This document shows, in pieces, positions 30,358 to 39,053 of a stretch of 64,000 nt of DNA (position 1 is the stretch's first letter; each line of letters opens with the position of its first letter). Under the pieces are notes generated by a model. The model ran no database searches and was not told the origin of the DNA. It saw only the letters and a list, made by a program, of their open reading frames with translations. The translations under genes and the position numbers were made by a program. The stretch is from an uncultured Fidelibacterota bacterium. Its GTDB lineage: Bacteria > Fidelibacterota > Marinisomatia > Marinisomatales > UBA8229. The DNA is taken from assembly GCA_913041945.1 (NCBI GenBank), contig CAJWIT010000004.1, positions 568-64,567 on the forward strand, read 5' to 3'.

Positions 30358-31299
30358 TCAAGTGAAAAAGTAACGGAATTGTTTCGTTCGAACAAACCAC
30401 TGTTTCAAACGATAAGATGGAGATTTATGCCTGAAGATTTTCTTTTTCAATGCTGACAAGTTTTCTTCAGCAGATTTTCTCCCATTCTCTAAAAGCTCAT
30501 TAAAGTAATTAAATTGTGACCAGTGTAGGTTCATTGTGTTTGGTTTAATAACAAAATCAGCCTCTTTTAATAGATGATCCAAAAATTTTGTATGCCCTAT
30601 AAGTTCGGATCTTTGAAGAATCTCGTAAATGTTTAAATCACCTAAATCGGGGACAATTCTTCTTTTGACATCGACTGCGATTGTAAAATCTACCAAAGGT
30701 TTTAATATTGATACCGGGTTGGGTAACCCCACACCACCATCGACAATTATTTTATCTCCAGAATAGGTAGGCTCTATATAGCCCGGGATTGATCCACTTT
30801 GAACGACTGCCTCGAGTAAATCCCCTGAAGAATATATCTGATATTCTCCCGTTTGGATGTCTGTTGCAGTTACCTGAAAAGAAATTTTCAATTCTTCGAA
30901 CGTCTTAACTGGTAATAAGAAACTAAAAGCATTTTTTAGACGCTCTTTTTTGAGGATAAAAGTCTTATTCATAGACATAATAAGAACAAATTGATCACGA
31001 ACTTTTTTTGCTATCTGGCTCATAGGTGAATGGGGATCTCTATCCTTCACCATACGATCTGTTCCAAGATTTTTAAAATTTTCGCTGACAAGGAAATCCC
31101 TGAATCTTTGTTCAATCCATTCCGGGTCCATGGTCGCGGCATACATAGCGCCAACCACAGCACCGGCGCTAGTCCCTACTATCCGGTCAAACCTGATACC
31201 TCCTCTGTGCAGTGCCTGCAGTACCCCAATGTGAGCAGCTCCACGGGTACCTCCACCGCCAAGTGCTACACCAATGGTTTGTTTCCTCTTTTTCAACAT
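30358..31299 (-). CDS. Patatin-like phospholipase
   Basis: 313 aa with GGGGTRGAAHIGVL (oxyanion Gly-rich loop), GTSAGAV (GxSxG) and VDGGV (DGG). Confidence 0.85.
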   Translation of the reverse strand: MLKKRKQTIGVALGGGGTRGAAHIGVLQALHRGGIRFDRIVGTSAGAVVGAMYAATMDPEWIEQRFRDFLVSENFKNLGTDRMVKDRDPHSPMSQIAKKVRDQFVLIMSMNKTFILKKERLKNAFSFLLPVKTFEELKISFQVTATDIQTGEYQIYSSGDLLEAVVQSGSIPGYIEPTYSGDKIIVDGGVGLPNPVSILKPLVDFTIAVDVKRRIVPDLGDLNIYEILQRSELIGHTKFLDHLLKEADFVIKPNTMNLHWSQFNYFNELLENGRKSAEENLSALKKKIFRHKSPSYRLKQWFVRTKQFRYFFT

Positions 31300-31308
31300 T
31301 AGATAATG

Positions 31309-31947
31309 TTATTTTTTCAAAAACACCTTTTTGATCAATACATCATCAACAGGCCAATCTTTCGTTCCTCCCCGAGTTCCGGTCTTTACCTTTTTTATCT
31401 GTTTTACAATATCCATGCCGGAAACTACTTTCCCGAATACAGCATAACCAGGGCTGATAGAAGAATAATTCAAAAAACTATTATCTTTTACATTTATAAA
31501 AAACTGGTTAGTGGCACTGTCAGGAATATTTGTCCTCGCCATTGCGACAGTACCCAAATTGTTGGTTAAACCGTTATTTGACTCCAACTCAATAGGCGGA
31601 TTGGTAGGTTTCTTATTTCCATCCGGTGTAAAACCACCACCTTGAATCATAAACCCATCTATCACCCGGTGGAAAATAGTCCCATCATAAGTCCCAGACG
31701 TTACATAGCTTAAAAAATTCTTTACCGTAACGGGCGCTTTATTTTCATTCAGTTCAATCTCAATGGATCCCATGGATGTTTCCATGACCACAACTAAACC
31801 ATCCGTTTTTTTCTTTTTATTATTCACCATTTCCCCCTCATCTTTAGCATTTCCTGTTTTTTTTTCATGTTGTCTCCCCTCCTTTTGCTGTGAACATCCA
31901 CCAATCATTAACAAAATGATTATAGAAATCCCTATTACCTTTTGCAT
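31309..31947 (-). CDS. Cyclophilin-type peptidyl-prolyl cis-trans isomerase (lipoprotein)
   Basis: 212 aa with lipobox MIGGC and cyclophilin motifs FHRVIDGFMIQGGG and AMARTNIPDSATNQFFIN. Confidence 0.9.
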   Translation of the reverse strand: MQKVIGISIIILLMIGGCSQQKEGRQHEKKTGNAKDEGEMVNNKKKKTDGLVVVMETSMGSIEIELNENKAPVTVKNFLSYVTSGTYDGTIFHRVIDGFMIQGGGFTPDGNKKPTNPPIELESNNGLTNNLGTVAMARTNIPDSATNQFFINVKDNSFLNYSSISPGYAVFGKVVSGMDIVKQIKKVKTGTRGGTKDWPVDDVLIKKVFLKK

Positions 31948-31976
31948 TATTTAGCCTCCATTTTATTAAATTAAAT

Positions 31977-32549
31977 CTATTTCCCTGTCCGACCCCTATG
32001 GGTAAGTGGGATACCCTGTTTACACTGGGGACAGTCCTCCGGTTCCCATGAATCGATGACTTCTGCATAAAGTGAATGGGTAGGAATAGCAAAATTGACT
32101 TCCCCATCGGTGCGGTCAAACATGACTGCAATACCCACAATTACCGCTCCCATGGATTTTACCAATTCAATTAGTTCGAATATAGAACCGCCGGTTGTTA
32201 CTACATCATCAACCAGAAGAACACGCTGATCCTTTTCAAGGGAAAACCCACGGCGAAAAGTCATTTGCTCCTCAATTCGTTCTGAAAATATTCCTCTGGT
32301 ATCCAAATTTTTTCCCACTTCATAGGCCAAGATAATTCCACCGGTCGCCGCACCTACGACGATATCCACATCTTCATTCTTGAAATAATCCGCCATTGAT
32401 GCACACATTCTTTTTACAACATCCGGTTCAGAAAGAAGTGCGAACTTCTCGAAATACTTATCACTATGACGGCCACTTGTTAACAAAAAGTGACCATCCA
32501 ACAACGCCCCAGTAGTACGGAAACTTTTTATTAACTCTTCAGTTGTCAT
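31977..32549 (-). CDS. pyrE: Orotate phosphoribosyltransferase
   Basis: 190 aa with the PRPP-binding VLLVDDVVTTGGS. Confidence 0.9.
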   Translation of the reverse strand: MTTEELIKSFRTTGALLDGHFLLTSGRHSDKYFEKFALLSEPDVVKRMCASMADYFKNEDVDIVVGAATGGIILAYEVGKNLDTRGIFSERIEEQMTFRRGFSLEKDQRVLLVDDVVTTGGSIFELIELVKSMGAVIVGIAVMFDRTDGEVNFAIPTHSLYAEVIDSWEPEDCPQCKQGIPLTHRGRTGK

Positions 32550-33342
32550 TACCGATATCCCTCATTTGATTTACATAATTTTCAGCCGCCTGCCTGATTG
32601 CATTCTCAGATTTATCTCCCGCAAATAAAATCCCGCGGGAAATATTGATCAAAGCCACTCCGTTCGAATTCCCGTACCTCATACTTTTTTCCAGGTCCCC
32701 TCCCTGAGCACCGATCCCGGGCAGTAAAAATGGCAAATCCGGTGCAAACTCACGAATATGCCGGATTTCCTGAGGAACCGTTGCACCAACAACCAGACCG
32801 ACATTATCATTCTCGTTCAACTGGACAGCACATTGTGCAACGTTTTCGTACAATAAACCGGAAGGTGTTTCCTGGTCCTGCAGTTCACCTGCGGAAGGAT
32901 TGGAGGTCCTGCACAGGATAAATACTCCCTTCTCCGGTCGAGAAATGAAGGGGCGAATTGCATCTGAACCCATGTATGGATTCACCGTCACCGCATCGAA
33001 TCCAAAGTGATCAAACACAGATTTTGCATATTGCTTTGCAGTATTTCCGATGTCTCCTCTTTTCGCATCTGCTACTAGGATGTGCTCATTTCCGATGTAA
33101 TCCAGTGTCTCCTCCATCCACTCAAACCCTTTGCTTCCCCACCGCTCAAAAAAACCAAGATTTGGCTTATATGCCACAGCCAACTCCCTTGTAGCATCAA
33201 TAACCTTTTTAGCGTGAGCCTTCAGAAAATCAAGATCGGGGTCAGCACCCGGGAATGATTCAACAGCTATATCCAGACCCACGCATAGGTGTGAATTCTT
33301 TTCAAGAATCCGTTCTTCCAAATATGAATTAAAAGATTTCAT
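32539..33342 (-). CDS. pyrF: Orotidine 5'-phosphate decarboxylase (long/type-2 form)
   Basis: 267 aa with LCVGLD..., DAKRGDIGNT, LLPGIGAQGG. Confidence 0.9.
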   Translation of the reverse strand: MKSFNSYLEERILEKNSHLCVGLDIAVESFPGADPDLDFLKAHAKKVIDATRELAVAYKPNLGFFERWGSKGFEWMEETLDYIGNEHILVADAKRGDIGNTAKQYAKSVFDHFGFDAVTVNPYMGSDAIRPFISRPEKGVFILCRTSNPSAGELQDQETPSGLLYENVAQCAVQLNENDNVGLVVGATVPQEIRHIREFAPDLPFLLPGIGAQGGDLEKSMRYGNSNGVALINISRGILFAGDKSENAIRQAAENYVNQMRDIGNDN

Positions 33343-33475
33343 AAAAATAATTTACCGCTATATTTCCACAGAGGACACAGAGAAAATTATTTTATCCATG
33401 CTGGTACAGGAAAAATTATATTTTTATTCAAGTTTCAAGTTACCCTGATTGAATCCATCGTTGTAGATTTCGTCT

Positions 33476-34093
33476 GTGAACCAACTGTCTTTTAGCACTG
33501 AATCTACATCTAAAACCCGTGTAATTGCTTCAAGCGGAGTGTTCCAAATTGAACTGCTCGAACACGTTGGTCAAGGTGATTATCCTACTCTAATCGAAAT
33601 TTCTAAACATCTTAAAAGTCAGTATGGCGAAAAAGCAGTCCTCACAAAAACAACCATACAAAAATACTTTAATAAACCGGGCTCCTTACCCTTTATTGTC
33701 CGCTACCGAGGAGAAATTATTGGATACATAATCGGAGTCCCCCTCGAAGAGTTGAGTCACGAACCATGGGCTCGTCTTGATGAAAATTTTGGGAAAGAAA
33801 ATACCCTTTATACGTATGCTTTTTTGATCATGGCCCAATATAAGAATAATGGATACGCGAAAATGTTGAAGCGTGTGTATCTGAGCTGGGCTAAAAAACG
33901 TCTTTCAATCCGCTACATTACAGGACACGTCATATTAGGAGTTTCCTCCCGATTCTCTGGAGAAATCAAAATTGTTAACCGGGTGGATAATTGGCAGGAT
34001 ACAGGTAAAACGTTCGAATACTACCGGCGGGATTTAAATCCAAATAAGTCCCAGCTACAGAAAAATAATCCTCCAATCGCAGAAAAAGTTTAA
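33476..34093 (+). CDS. GNAT-family N-acetyltransferase (putative)
   Basis: 205 aa with a GTG start. The acetyl-CoA motif-A-like segment is FLIMAQYKNNGYAKMLKRVYLSWAKKR. Its stop overlaps the convergent SSF gene stop by 4 nt. Confidence 0.55.
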   Translation: MNQLSFSTESTSKTRVIASSGVFQIELLEHVGQGDYPTLIEISKHLKSQYGEKAVLTKTTIQKYFNKPGSLPFIVRYRGEIIGYIIGVPLEELSHEPWARLDENFGKENTLYTYAFLIMAQYKNNGYAKMLKRVYLSWAKKRLSIRYITGHVILGVSSRFSGEIKIVNRVDNWQDTGKTFEYYRRDLNPNKSQLQKNNPPIAEKV

Positions 34094-35523
34094 TTCTTTT
34101 TCTCCGTAATCAAACTCACACCCACCAGGGCGATGACCGAGCAGCAGATGGCTGGCAACACCTCATCCACGGAGCCATAAATGCCCGCAGGAAGCCACGT
34201 CCACAAGTTTGGTGCTTCTTTCCATAACAGCGTAACGACCGTCCCGGAAAGAATTGACGCCACGGCGCCTTCTTTGGTGGCATCTTTCCAAAACATAGCT
34301 GCTACCAGAGCCGGGGTGATGGCCGCGCCATAAATGGTATAGGCGTAAAGAGCCCGTTCGAAAAAGCCTTCTGATTCCGCAAATCCTTTAGAAACAATAA
34401 AGGCCACAATGCCCAAGGCCAATACCAGCAACCGGCTTAAGAGGACGATCTTTTTCTCCGATGCTTTAGGGTTGATATAATTAAGATAGATATCGCGCAT
34501 CAACGTGGTGGCCGGCACTAATAAATAGGAGTCCGCTGTGGAAATGATGATGCCCACGATAGTGGTCATCATGATAGCCCCTAGAATAGGAGGTAAAAAC
34601 CGGTGGGCGGCATAGATCAAGACGTGTTTACCTACTTCCGCATCAGGGATCATGGAGGCGCTGACCCAGGCGGAGGCAATAATGAGCAATTCAATTATAA
34701 GCACGGCGAACACAAGAATTGTAGTTGCGGAACGAGCGCCTTCAGCATCTTTACTGGCAAAGAAGCGCTGGTACATATTAGCATCGCCCAGGATCAGCAA
34801 AAAGGGTGGCAGACAAAAATTGATAATGTCCAGCCCTGAATACACGCCAAAGAACTGCATATGCTGACTCTTGCCCATGCCCGTAAAAGCAACTTCCATG
34901 CCGCTCCAGCCACCGGCCTTGAACCACAGGATGGGAAAAGCAATCAACAGTGCAATGGTCATAATAATGCCGTTGCCTACGTCCGTGTAGGCCACGCTCA
35001 CCAACCCCGCCAGCATGGTATAAGCGACGATAAACACCGCAGCAATAATGGTGGCCGTCTCCGCAGATATCAGTGCCTTCCCTGTTTCATCCGTCAGGAT
35101 GGTAGAAAGGACAGCGCCGCCGGCGTTGTATTGATAGCTCACGATAACCATATAGGCCATAACCAACGCCACTACGCTCAAGAGCCGGGCTACCTGGCCG
35201 TAGCGGTCGCCAATAATTTCCGGCACGGTGAATTTTTCATAACTGCGGACTTTTCCGGCAATGCGGGTTAGTAATATTATTCCTAATGTTCCGCCGATGG
35301 GCAGGATTAAGGCCGCCATGCCTGTTTCGTAAGTCTTGCCGGCGTTGCCCAGAATGGATCCGGTCCCAATCCACGTGGCCAGCATAGTGCCTACCAATAT
35401 CCACGGGGATAGAGTCCTTCCTGCCACAGCAAAGTCCGCCTGGGTCTTGATCTTTTTGGATTTATATATCCCTACACCGATCAGCAGGAATAAATAAATC
35501 AAAATGATTGTGAGGTAAAGCAT
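34090..35523 (-). CDS. Sodium:solute symporter family (SSF) transporter
   Basis: 477 aa polytopic protein. N-terminal ...DFAVAGRTLSPWILVGTMLATWIGTGSILG is typical of SSF. Markedly GC-richer than its neighbours (see findings). Confidence 0.85.
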   Translation of the reverse strand: MLYLTIILIYLFLLIGVGIYKSKKIKTQADFAVAGRTLSPWILVGTMLATWIGTGSILGNAGKTYETGMAALILPIGGTLGIILLTRIAGKVRSYEKFTVPEIIGDRYGQVARLLSVVALVMAYMVIVSYQYNAGGAVLSTILTDETGKALISAETATIIAAVFIVAYTMLAGLVSVAYTDVGNGIIMTIALLIAFPILWFKAGGWSGMEVAFTGMGKSQHMQFFGVYSGLDIINFCLPPFLLILGDANMYQRFFASKDAEGARSATTILVFAVLIIELLIIASAWVSASMIPDAEVGKHVLIYAAHRFLPPILGAIMMTTIVGIIISTADSYLLVPATTLMRDIYLNYINPKASEKKIVLLSRLLVLALGIVAFIVSKGFAESEGFFERALYAYTIYGAAITPALVAAMFWKDATKEGAVASILSGTVVTLLWKEAPNLWTWLPAGIYGSVDEVLPAICCSVIALVGVSLITEKKN

Positions 35524-35692
35524 TTTAGTTCCTTAGGCTGATCATTAGCATTTGATATACAGGTTTATTAATTATTATCCTGGTACCTAAAAATTAGGAT
35601 GATTTCTGTTAAAACCGTTAGCATTTAATCCATGAGAATTGTAATTAAGATTGTAAACTTATACGAATTATCCTCAAATTTCTAGGGTATCC

Positions 35693-37843
35693 GTGAAACA
35701 AACACTACCCAAACCCTTCATCCTTGTACTGGCATTATTCATTGCTTGCTCATCGGATGCCGGATCGAAGCCAAGCGTAGAACATTCAGATAAACACATG
35801 AACAGACTTTCCCAAGAATCCAGTCCGTATTTACTACAGCATGCTAATAATCCTGTAGATTGGTATCCCTGGGGCGAAGAAGCTTTTCAGGAAGCAAGAA
35901 AACGTGACAAACCAATCTTCCTTTCCATCGGATATTCCACCTGCCACTGGTGCCATGTGATGGAACACGAATCCTTTGAGGATGAAGAAGTGGCGCAACT
36001 CATGAACGATAATTTTATTTGTATTAAAGTTGACCGGGAAGAGCTGCCAGAGATTGATCATGTTTATATGTCAGTATGCCAGGCAATGACAGGACGAGGC
36101 GGCTGGCCCCTGACAATTGTCATGACACCCAATAAAGAACCATTTTTTGCTGGAACCTATTTTCCGAAAACCGGCCAAGGAAACCGACGGGGCATGATAC
36201 AATTATTACCAATGTTGGCTGATGCCTGGAAAAACCGAAAGCTAGAGCTTTCAGATAGTATTAATAGAATAAAACAATACCTTAGACAAACCAATTCAAA
36301 AACTGAGGGAGAATCATTAACCCCTGAAATACTCACCAAAACTTATAGTGAGTTTACAAACACATTTGATTCAGATAAGGGCGGGTTTGGAAGAGCACCA
36401 AAATTTCCTTCGCCCCATAACCTTCTTTTTCTTCTGCGCTACCATCACATGACGAAATCCAGGGAAGCGTTAAATATGGTGGAAACAACACTCCAAAATA
36501 TGAGAAAGGGAGGAATCTGGGATCACATCGGCTTTGGTTTTCATCGGTACTCCACTGATAAAAACTGGCTTCTCCCTCACTTTGAAAAAATGCTTTATGA
36601 CCAGGCAATGATCTCGATGGCCTACCTGGAAGCTTTTCAGATAACGGGCAACGAAGACTATGGAAGAACAGTTAGGGAAATCTACACCTACGTGCTCAGG
36701 GATATGACCAGTCCTGAAGGGGGCTTTTATTCTGCTGAAGATGCGGATAGCGATGGAGAAGAAGGAAAATTTTATCTATGGACAACTGATGAAGTCCAAT
36801 CCATATTGGGAAAAAAAGAAGGTGAACAGTTTAATGCTTTATTAAATATCAAGCCTGGAGGAAATTTTCGCGATCAAGCCAGTAGGCAGGAGTCAGAACA
36901 TAATATTCCACATATAACCACTCTGATTGAAGAAAATGATCTGAATTTTATGGAAAAACACAGAAAAACGCTTTTCGAAGTGAGGGAGAAACGGATTCAT
37001 CCGCTTAAAGATGACAAGATACTCACAGACTGGAATGGGCTTATGATCGCATCCCTTGCCAAAGGATCTGTTGCCTTGAATGCACCTGAATTTTATGACG
37101 CTGCCCGAAGGGGGGCCGACTTCATTCTAAAAAATCTCCGGTCAAAAGATGGACGCTTGTTGAAACGTTATCGCCAGGGGAAAGCGGGCCTTCAGGCTCA
37201 CCTGGATGATTATGTGTTCGTCATTTGGGGGCTGCTTGAACTGTACGAAGCCGGATTCGAGGAAGTGTATCTTCAGGAAGCGCTAAACCTGTCAAATATT
37301 TTAGTAAATAATTTCTGGGACGAAGCAAACGGTGGGTTCTTTTTGGGAAGTAAAAATGCTGAAAAACTCATCGCCCGCGCAAAAACAGGATATGACGGAG
37401 CAATCCCTTCCGGGAATTCCATTTCCGTTGGCCTTTTACACCGGTTGGCACGGATTACAGGAGACATGAAATGGGCTGGAATGGCAAATACAATTTTGAA
37501 AATATTTTCAAAAGATATTGAAAGATCGCCTAGAGGATTTTCAGCGATGTTGCTGGGCTATATCTTCGAAACAGATTCCCCAAAAGAAGTGGTCATTGTA
37601 GGAAATTCTAACCAGGAGGAATCCATGGTATTTCTTACTTCTGTTAATTCAAACTATGAACCGAATAAAATCATTCTTTTCAAAGATATGTCAAATAAAA
37701 ATTCAGTTCTTTCCACCCTTGCTCCATGGACAGAATCCCAGACAACTATAGATGGAAAAGCGACAGCATATATTTGTGAAAATTTTACCTGTAATCTGCC
37801 CACCACCGATCTTTCTATAACAATGGACTTTATCAAAAATTGA
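35693..37843 (+). CDS. Thioredoxin-domain protein of the YyaL/DUF255 (SPATA20-like) family with a six-hairpin glycosidase-like C-terminal domain
   Basis: 716 aa with a GTG start. [52 protein letters not shown] is diagnostic. The N-terminal signal has ...LFIAC. Confidence 0.9.
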   Translation: MKQTLPKPFILVLALFIACSSDAGSKPSVEHSDKHMNRLSQESSPYLLQHANNPVDWYPWGEEAFQEARKRDKPIFLSIGYSTCHWCHVMEHESFEDEEVAQLMNDNFICIKVDREELPEIDHVYMSVCQAMTGRGGWPLTIVMTPNKEPFFAGTYFPKTGQGNRRGMIQLLPMLADAWKNRKLELSDSINRIKQYLRQTNSKTEGESLTPEILTKTYSEFTNTFDSDKGGFGRAPKFPSPHNLLFLLRYHHMTKSREALNMVETTLQNMRKGGIWDHIGFGFHRYSTDKNWLLPHFEKMLYDQAMISMAYLEAFQITGNEDYGRTVREIYTYVLRDMTSPEGGFYSAEDADSDGEEGKFYLWTTDEVQSILGKKEGEQFNALLNIKPGGNFRDQASRQESEHNIPHITTLIEENDLNFMEKHRKTLFEVREKRIHPLKDDKILTDWNGLMIASLAKGSVALNAPEFYDAARRGADFILKNLRSKDGRLLKRYRQGKAGLQAHLDDYVFVIWGLLELYEAGFEEVYLQEALNLSNILVNNFWDEANGGFFLGSKNAEKLIARAKTGYDGAIPSGNSISVGLLHRLARITGDMKWAGMANTILKIFSKDIERSPRGFSAMLLGYIFETDSPKEVVIVGNSNQEESMVFLTSVNSNYEPNKIILFKDMSNKNSVLSTLAPWTESQTTIDGKATAYICENFTCNLPTTDLSITMDFIKN

Positions 37844-37872
37844 TTGACATTCAATTCGTTAACCTGTATTTC
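37844..37872 (+). promoter_or_regulatory. Candidate promoter at the start of the cassette-like region
   Basis: Perfect -35 TTGACA (37844-37849), a 17-nt spacer, then TATTTC (37867-37872, a poor -10). It overlaps the GTTAACC core-like site. Confidence 0.2.
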
Positions 37873-37877
37873 AATTT

Positions 37878-38009
37878 ATGAAGTATCGTCATAAAGAACA
37901 GCCAATACAAACCGTTTATAGTATAGTTGCAAACTCAAAAATGAGCCAAGAACAACAAAAACTAATTGGTTCAATTGTAACTCCTGAATTAACACAAGGT
38001 AAAGAATGA
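37878..38009 (+). CDS. Hypothetical 43-aa ORF (first cassette-like unit)
   Basis: My own translation gives MKYRHKEQPIQTVYSIVANSKMSQEQQKLIGSIVTPELTQGKE*. There is no clear Shine-Dalgarno. It is supported only by its position 5 nt upstream of the first attC-like element. Confidence 0.2.
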   Translation: MKYRHKEQPIQTVYSIVANSKMSQEQQKLIGSIVTPELTQGKE

Positions 38010-38014
38010 TAAAT

Positions 38015-38106
38015 GCTTTCTAACCCCCACTCCACCGGACACGCAAACGTATCCGACAAAAACCGAACGGGACGTGGAATGCCGGTGAGTTTATTTGTTA
38101 GAAAGC
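38015..38106 (+). repeat. attC-like imperfect inverted repeat A (92 bp)
   Basis: GCTTTCTAAC (38015-38024) pairs perfectly with GTTAGAAAGC (38097-38106). An unpaired spacer follows (4 nt CCCC against 6 nt TTATTT). The inner helix ACTC(C)ACCGG/CCGGTGAGT has a bulged C at 38033. The centre is 43 nt and variable. Confidence 0.6.
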
Positions 38107-38122
38107 CTAAAAAGGAGCGAGT

Positions 38123-38710
38123 ATGATAGAAATTAGGTGTTTAAAATGCGGGACGATTCAAGAAGTTGAACCGCCACAACCAAAGGACATTTGCATTAAT
38201 TGTGGTCATAATTTATCAAAAGGTAGTTGGATGAGAGTTTCGGGTTTCGGTGAAACAGAATCCATAGTTGAGAAACTAATATTTACCTATGGTGGTTTTT
38301 GGAAAAGGTTTGCCACTTATGTTCTTGATAGCGTCCTACTACAATTTGTTATTTACATATTAGCGCTTGTTTTTGGATTCAAGTTTTTCCTAACTGAAGG
38401 GGGTTTAGGAGAATTAACTGCAATGTGGGTTATACTTTCTATTTTACTACCGTGGATTTATTTTGCGGCAATGGAAAGTTCTGATACCCGAGCAACTGTA
38501 GGAAAATTAGCATTAGGTATTATTGTCTCTGATTTACATGGTAAACAGATTACATTTGGTAGAGCATCTGGTAGATATTTTGGGAAAATAATTTCTGGAA
38601 TTATTTTAGGGGTTGGATTTATTATGGCTGGGTTCACTGACAAAAAGCAATCCTTACATGATATTATTAGTGACTGTTTGGTTATTGATAAAAAGCATAA
38701 AAATGAATAG
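38123..38710 (+). CDS. RDD-family membrane protein with an N-terminal zinc-ribbon
   Basis: 195 aa with CLKCGT...CINCGH (a CxxC pair) and RDD-family features: FWKRFATYVLDSVLL, RATVGKLALGIIV, SGRYFGKIIS, SLHDIISDCLVI. A strong Shine-Dalgarno AAGGAG lies 6 nt upstream. Confidence 0.85.
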   Translation: MIEIRCLKCGTIQEVEPPQPKDICINCGHNLSKGSWMRVSGFGETESIVEKLIFTYGGFWKRFATYVLDSVLLQFVIYILALVFGFKFFLTEGGLGELTAMWVILSILLPWIYFAAMESSDTRATVGKLALGIIVSDLHGKQITFGRASGRYFGKIISGIILGVGFIMAGFTDKKQSLHDIISDCLVIDKKHKNE

Positions 38711-38774
38711 GCTTTCTAACCCGCACTCCACCGGATTCACAGCTAACGCCGGCCAGTGAGTTTATTCGTTAAAC
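38711..38774 (+). repeat. attC-like imperfect inverted repeat B (64 bp)
   Basis: It begins 1 nt after the RDD stop. Its first 25 nt (GCTTTCTAACCCGCACTCCACCGGA) match element A at 24/25 positions. It shares the 4x6 spacer geometry and the bulged C (38729). The 3' end is GTGAGTTTATTCGTTAAAC, where GTTAAAC fits GTTRRRY. The centre is shorter and unrelated to A. Confidence 0.6.
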
Positions 38775-39012
38775 TAATAAGGTATTCCTAGTTTGAAAAA
38801 GCCGGAGAAATACGTAATTTCATCCAGGCTTATTGACAATTCCTGTTCCAGGATCTGTTAATTCAGGATCTTCAGTATCAAAATCTTGGAAGCTGTACTC
38901 CGAATGCAAAAAACGGGCCTTTCCGCAAACTGGCGGATGAAGGAAGTTTGCTGTATTTGGGAGGCATCCCAACATGTAAATAGCGGTCCTGAATAACTAC
39001 CTGAAACAGGTT

Positions 39013-39049
39013 AAGAAAGCCCTCCAAAACTAGAGGGCTTTCTTTTTAC
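39013..39049 (+). terminator. Intrinsic terminator (strong on the plus strand; also downstream of convergent hflX)
   Basis: AAGAAAGCCCTC-caaaacta-GAGGGCTTTCTT followed by TTTAC. 12-bp stem. Confidence 0.7.
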
Positions 39050-39053
39050 TGGC

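Noticed and set aside
34603-35271. Plus-strand ORFs of 71-136 aa antisense to the SSF transporter
   Set aside because: They are a stop-codon-poor by-product of the locally high GC content. Their composition is low-complexity (G/A/R/H-rich) and they fall entirely within a well-supported transporter gene.
38820-38975. 51-aa minus-strand ORF (MLGCLPNTANFLHPPVCGKARFLHSEYSFQDF...) after the second attC-like site
   Set aside because: It runs opposite to the cassette-like units, has no ribosome-binding site that I can see, and has no recognisable domain. I kept it only as a note under the ORF-poor segment finding.
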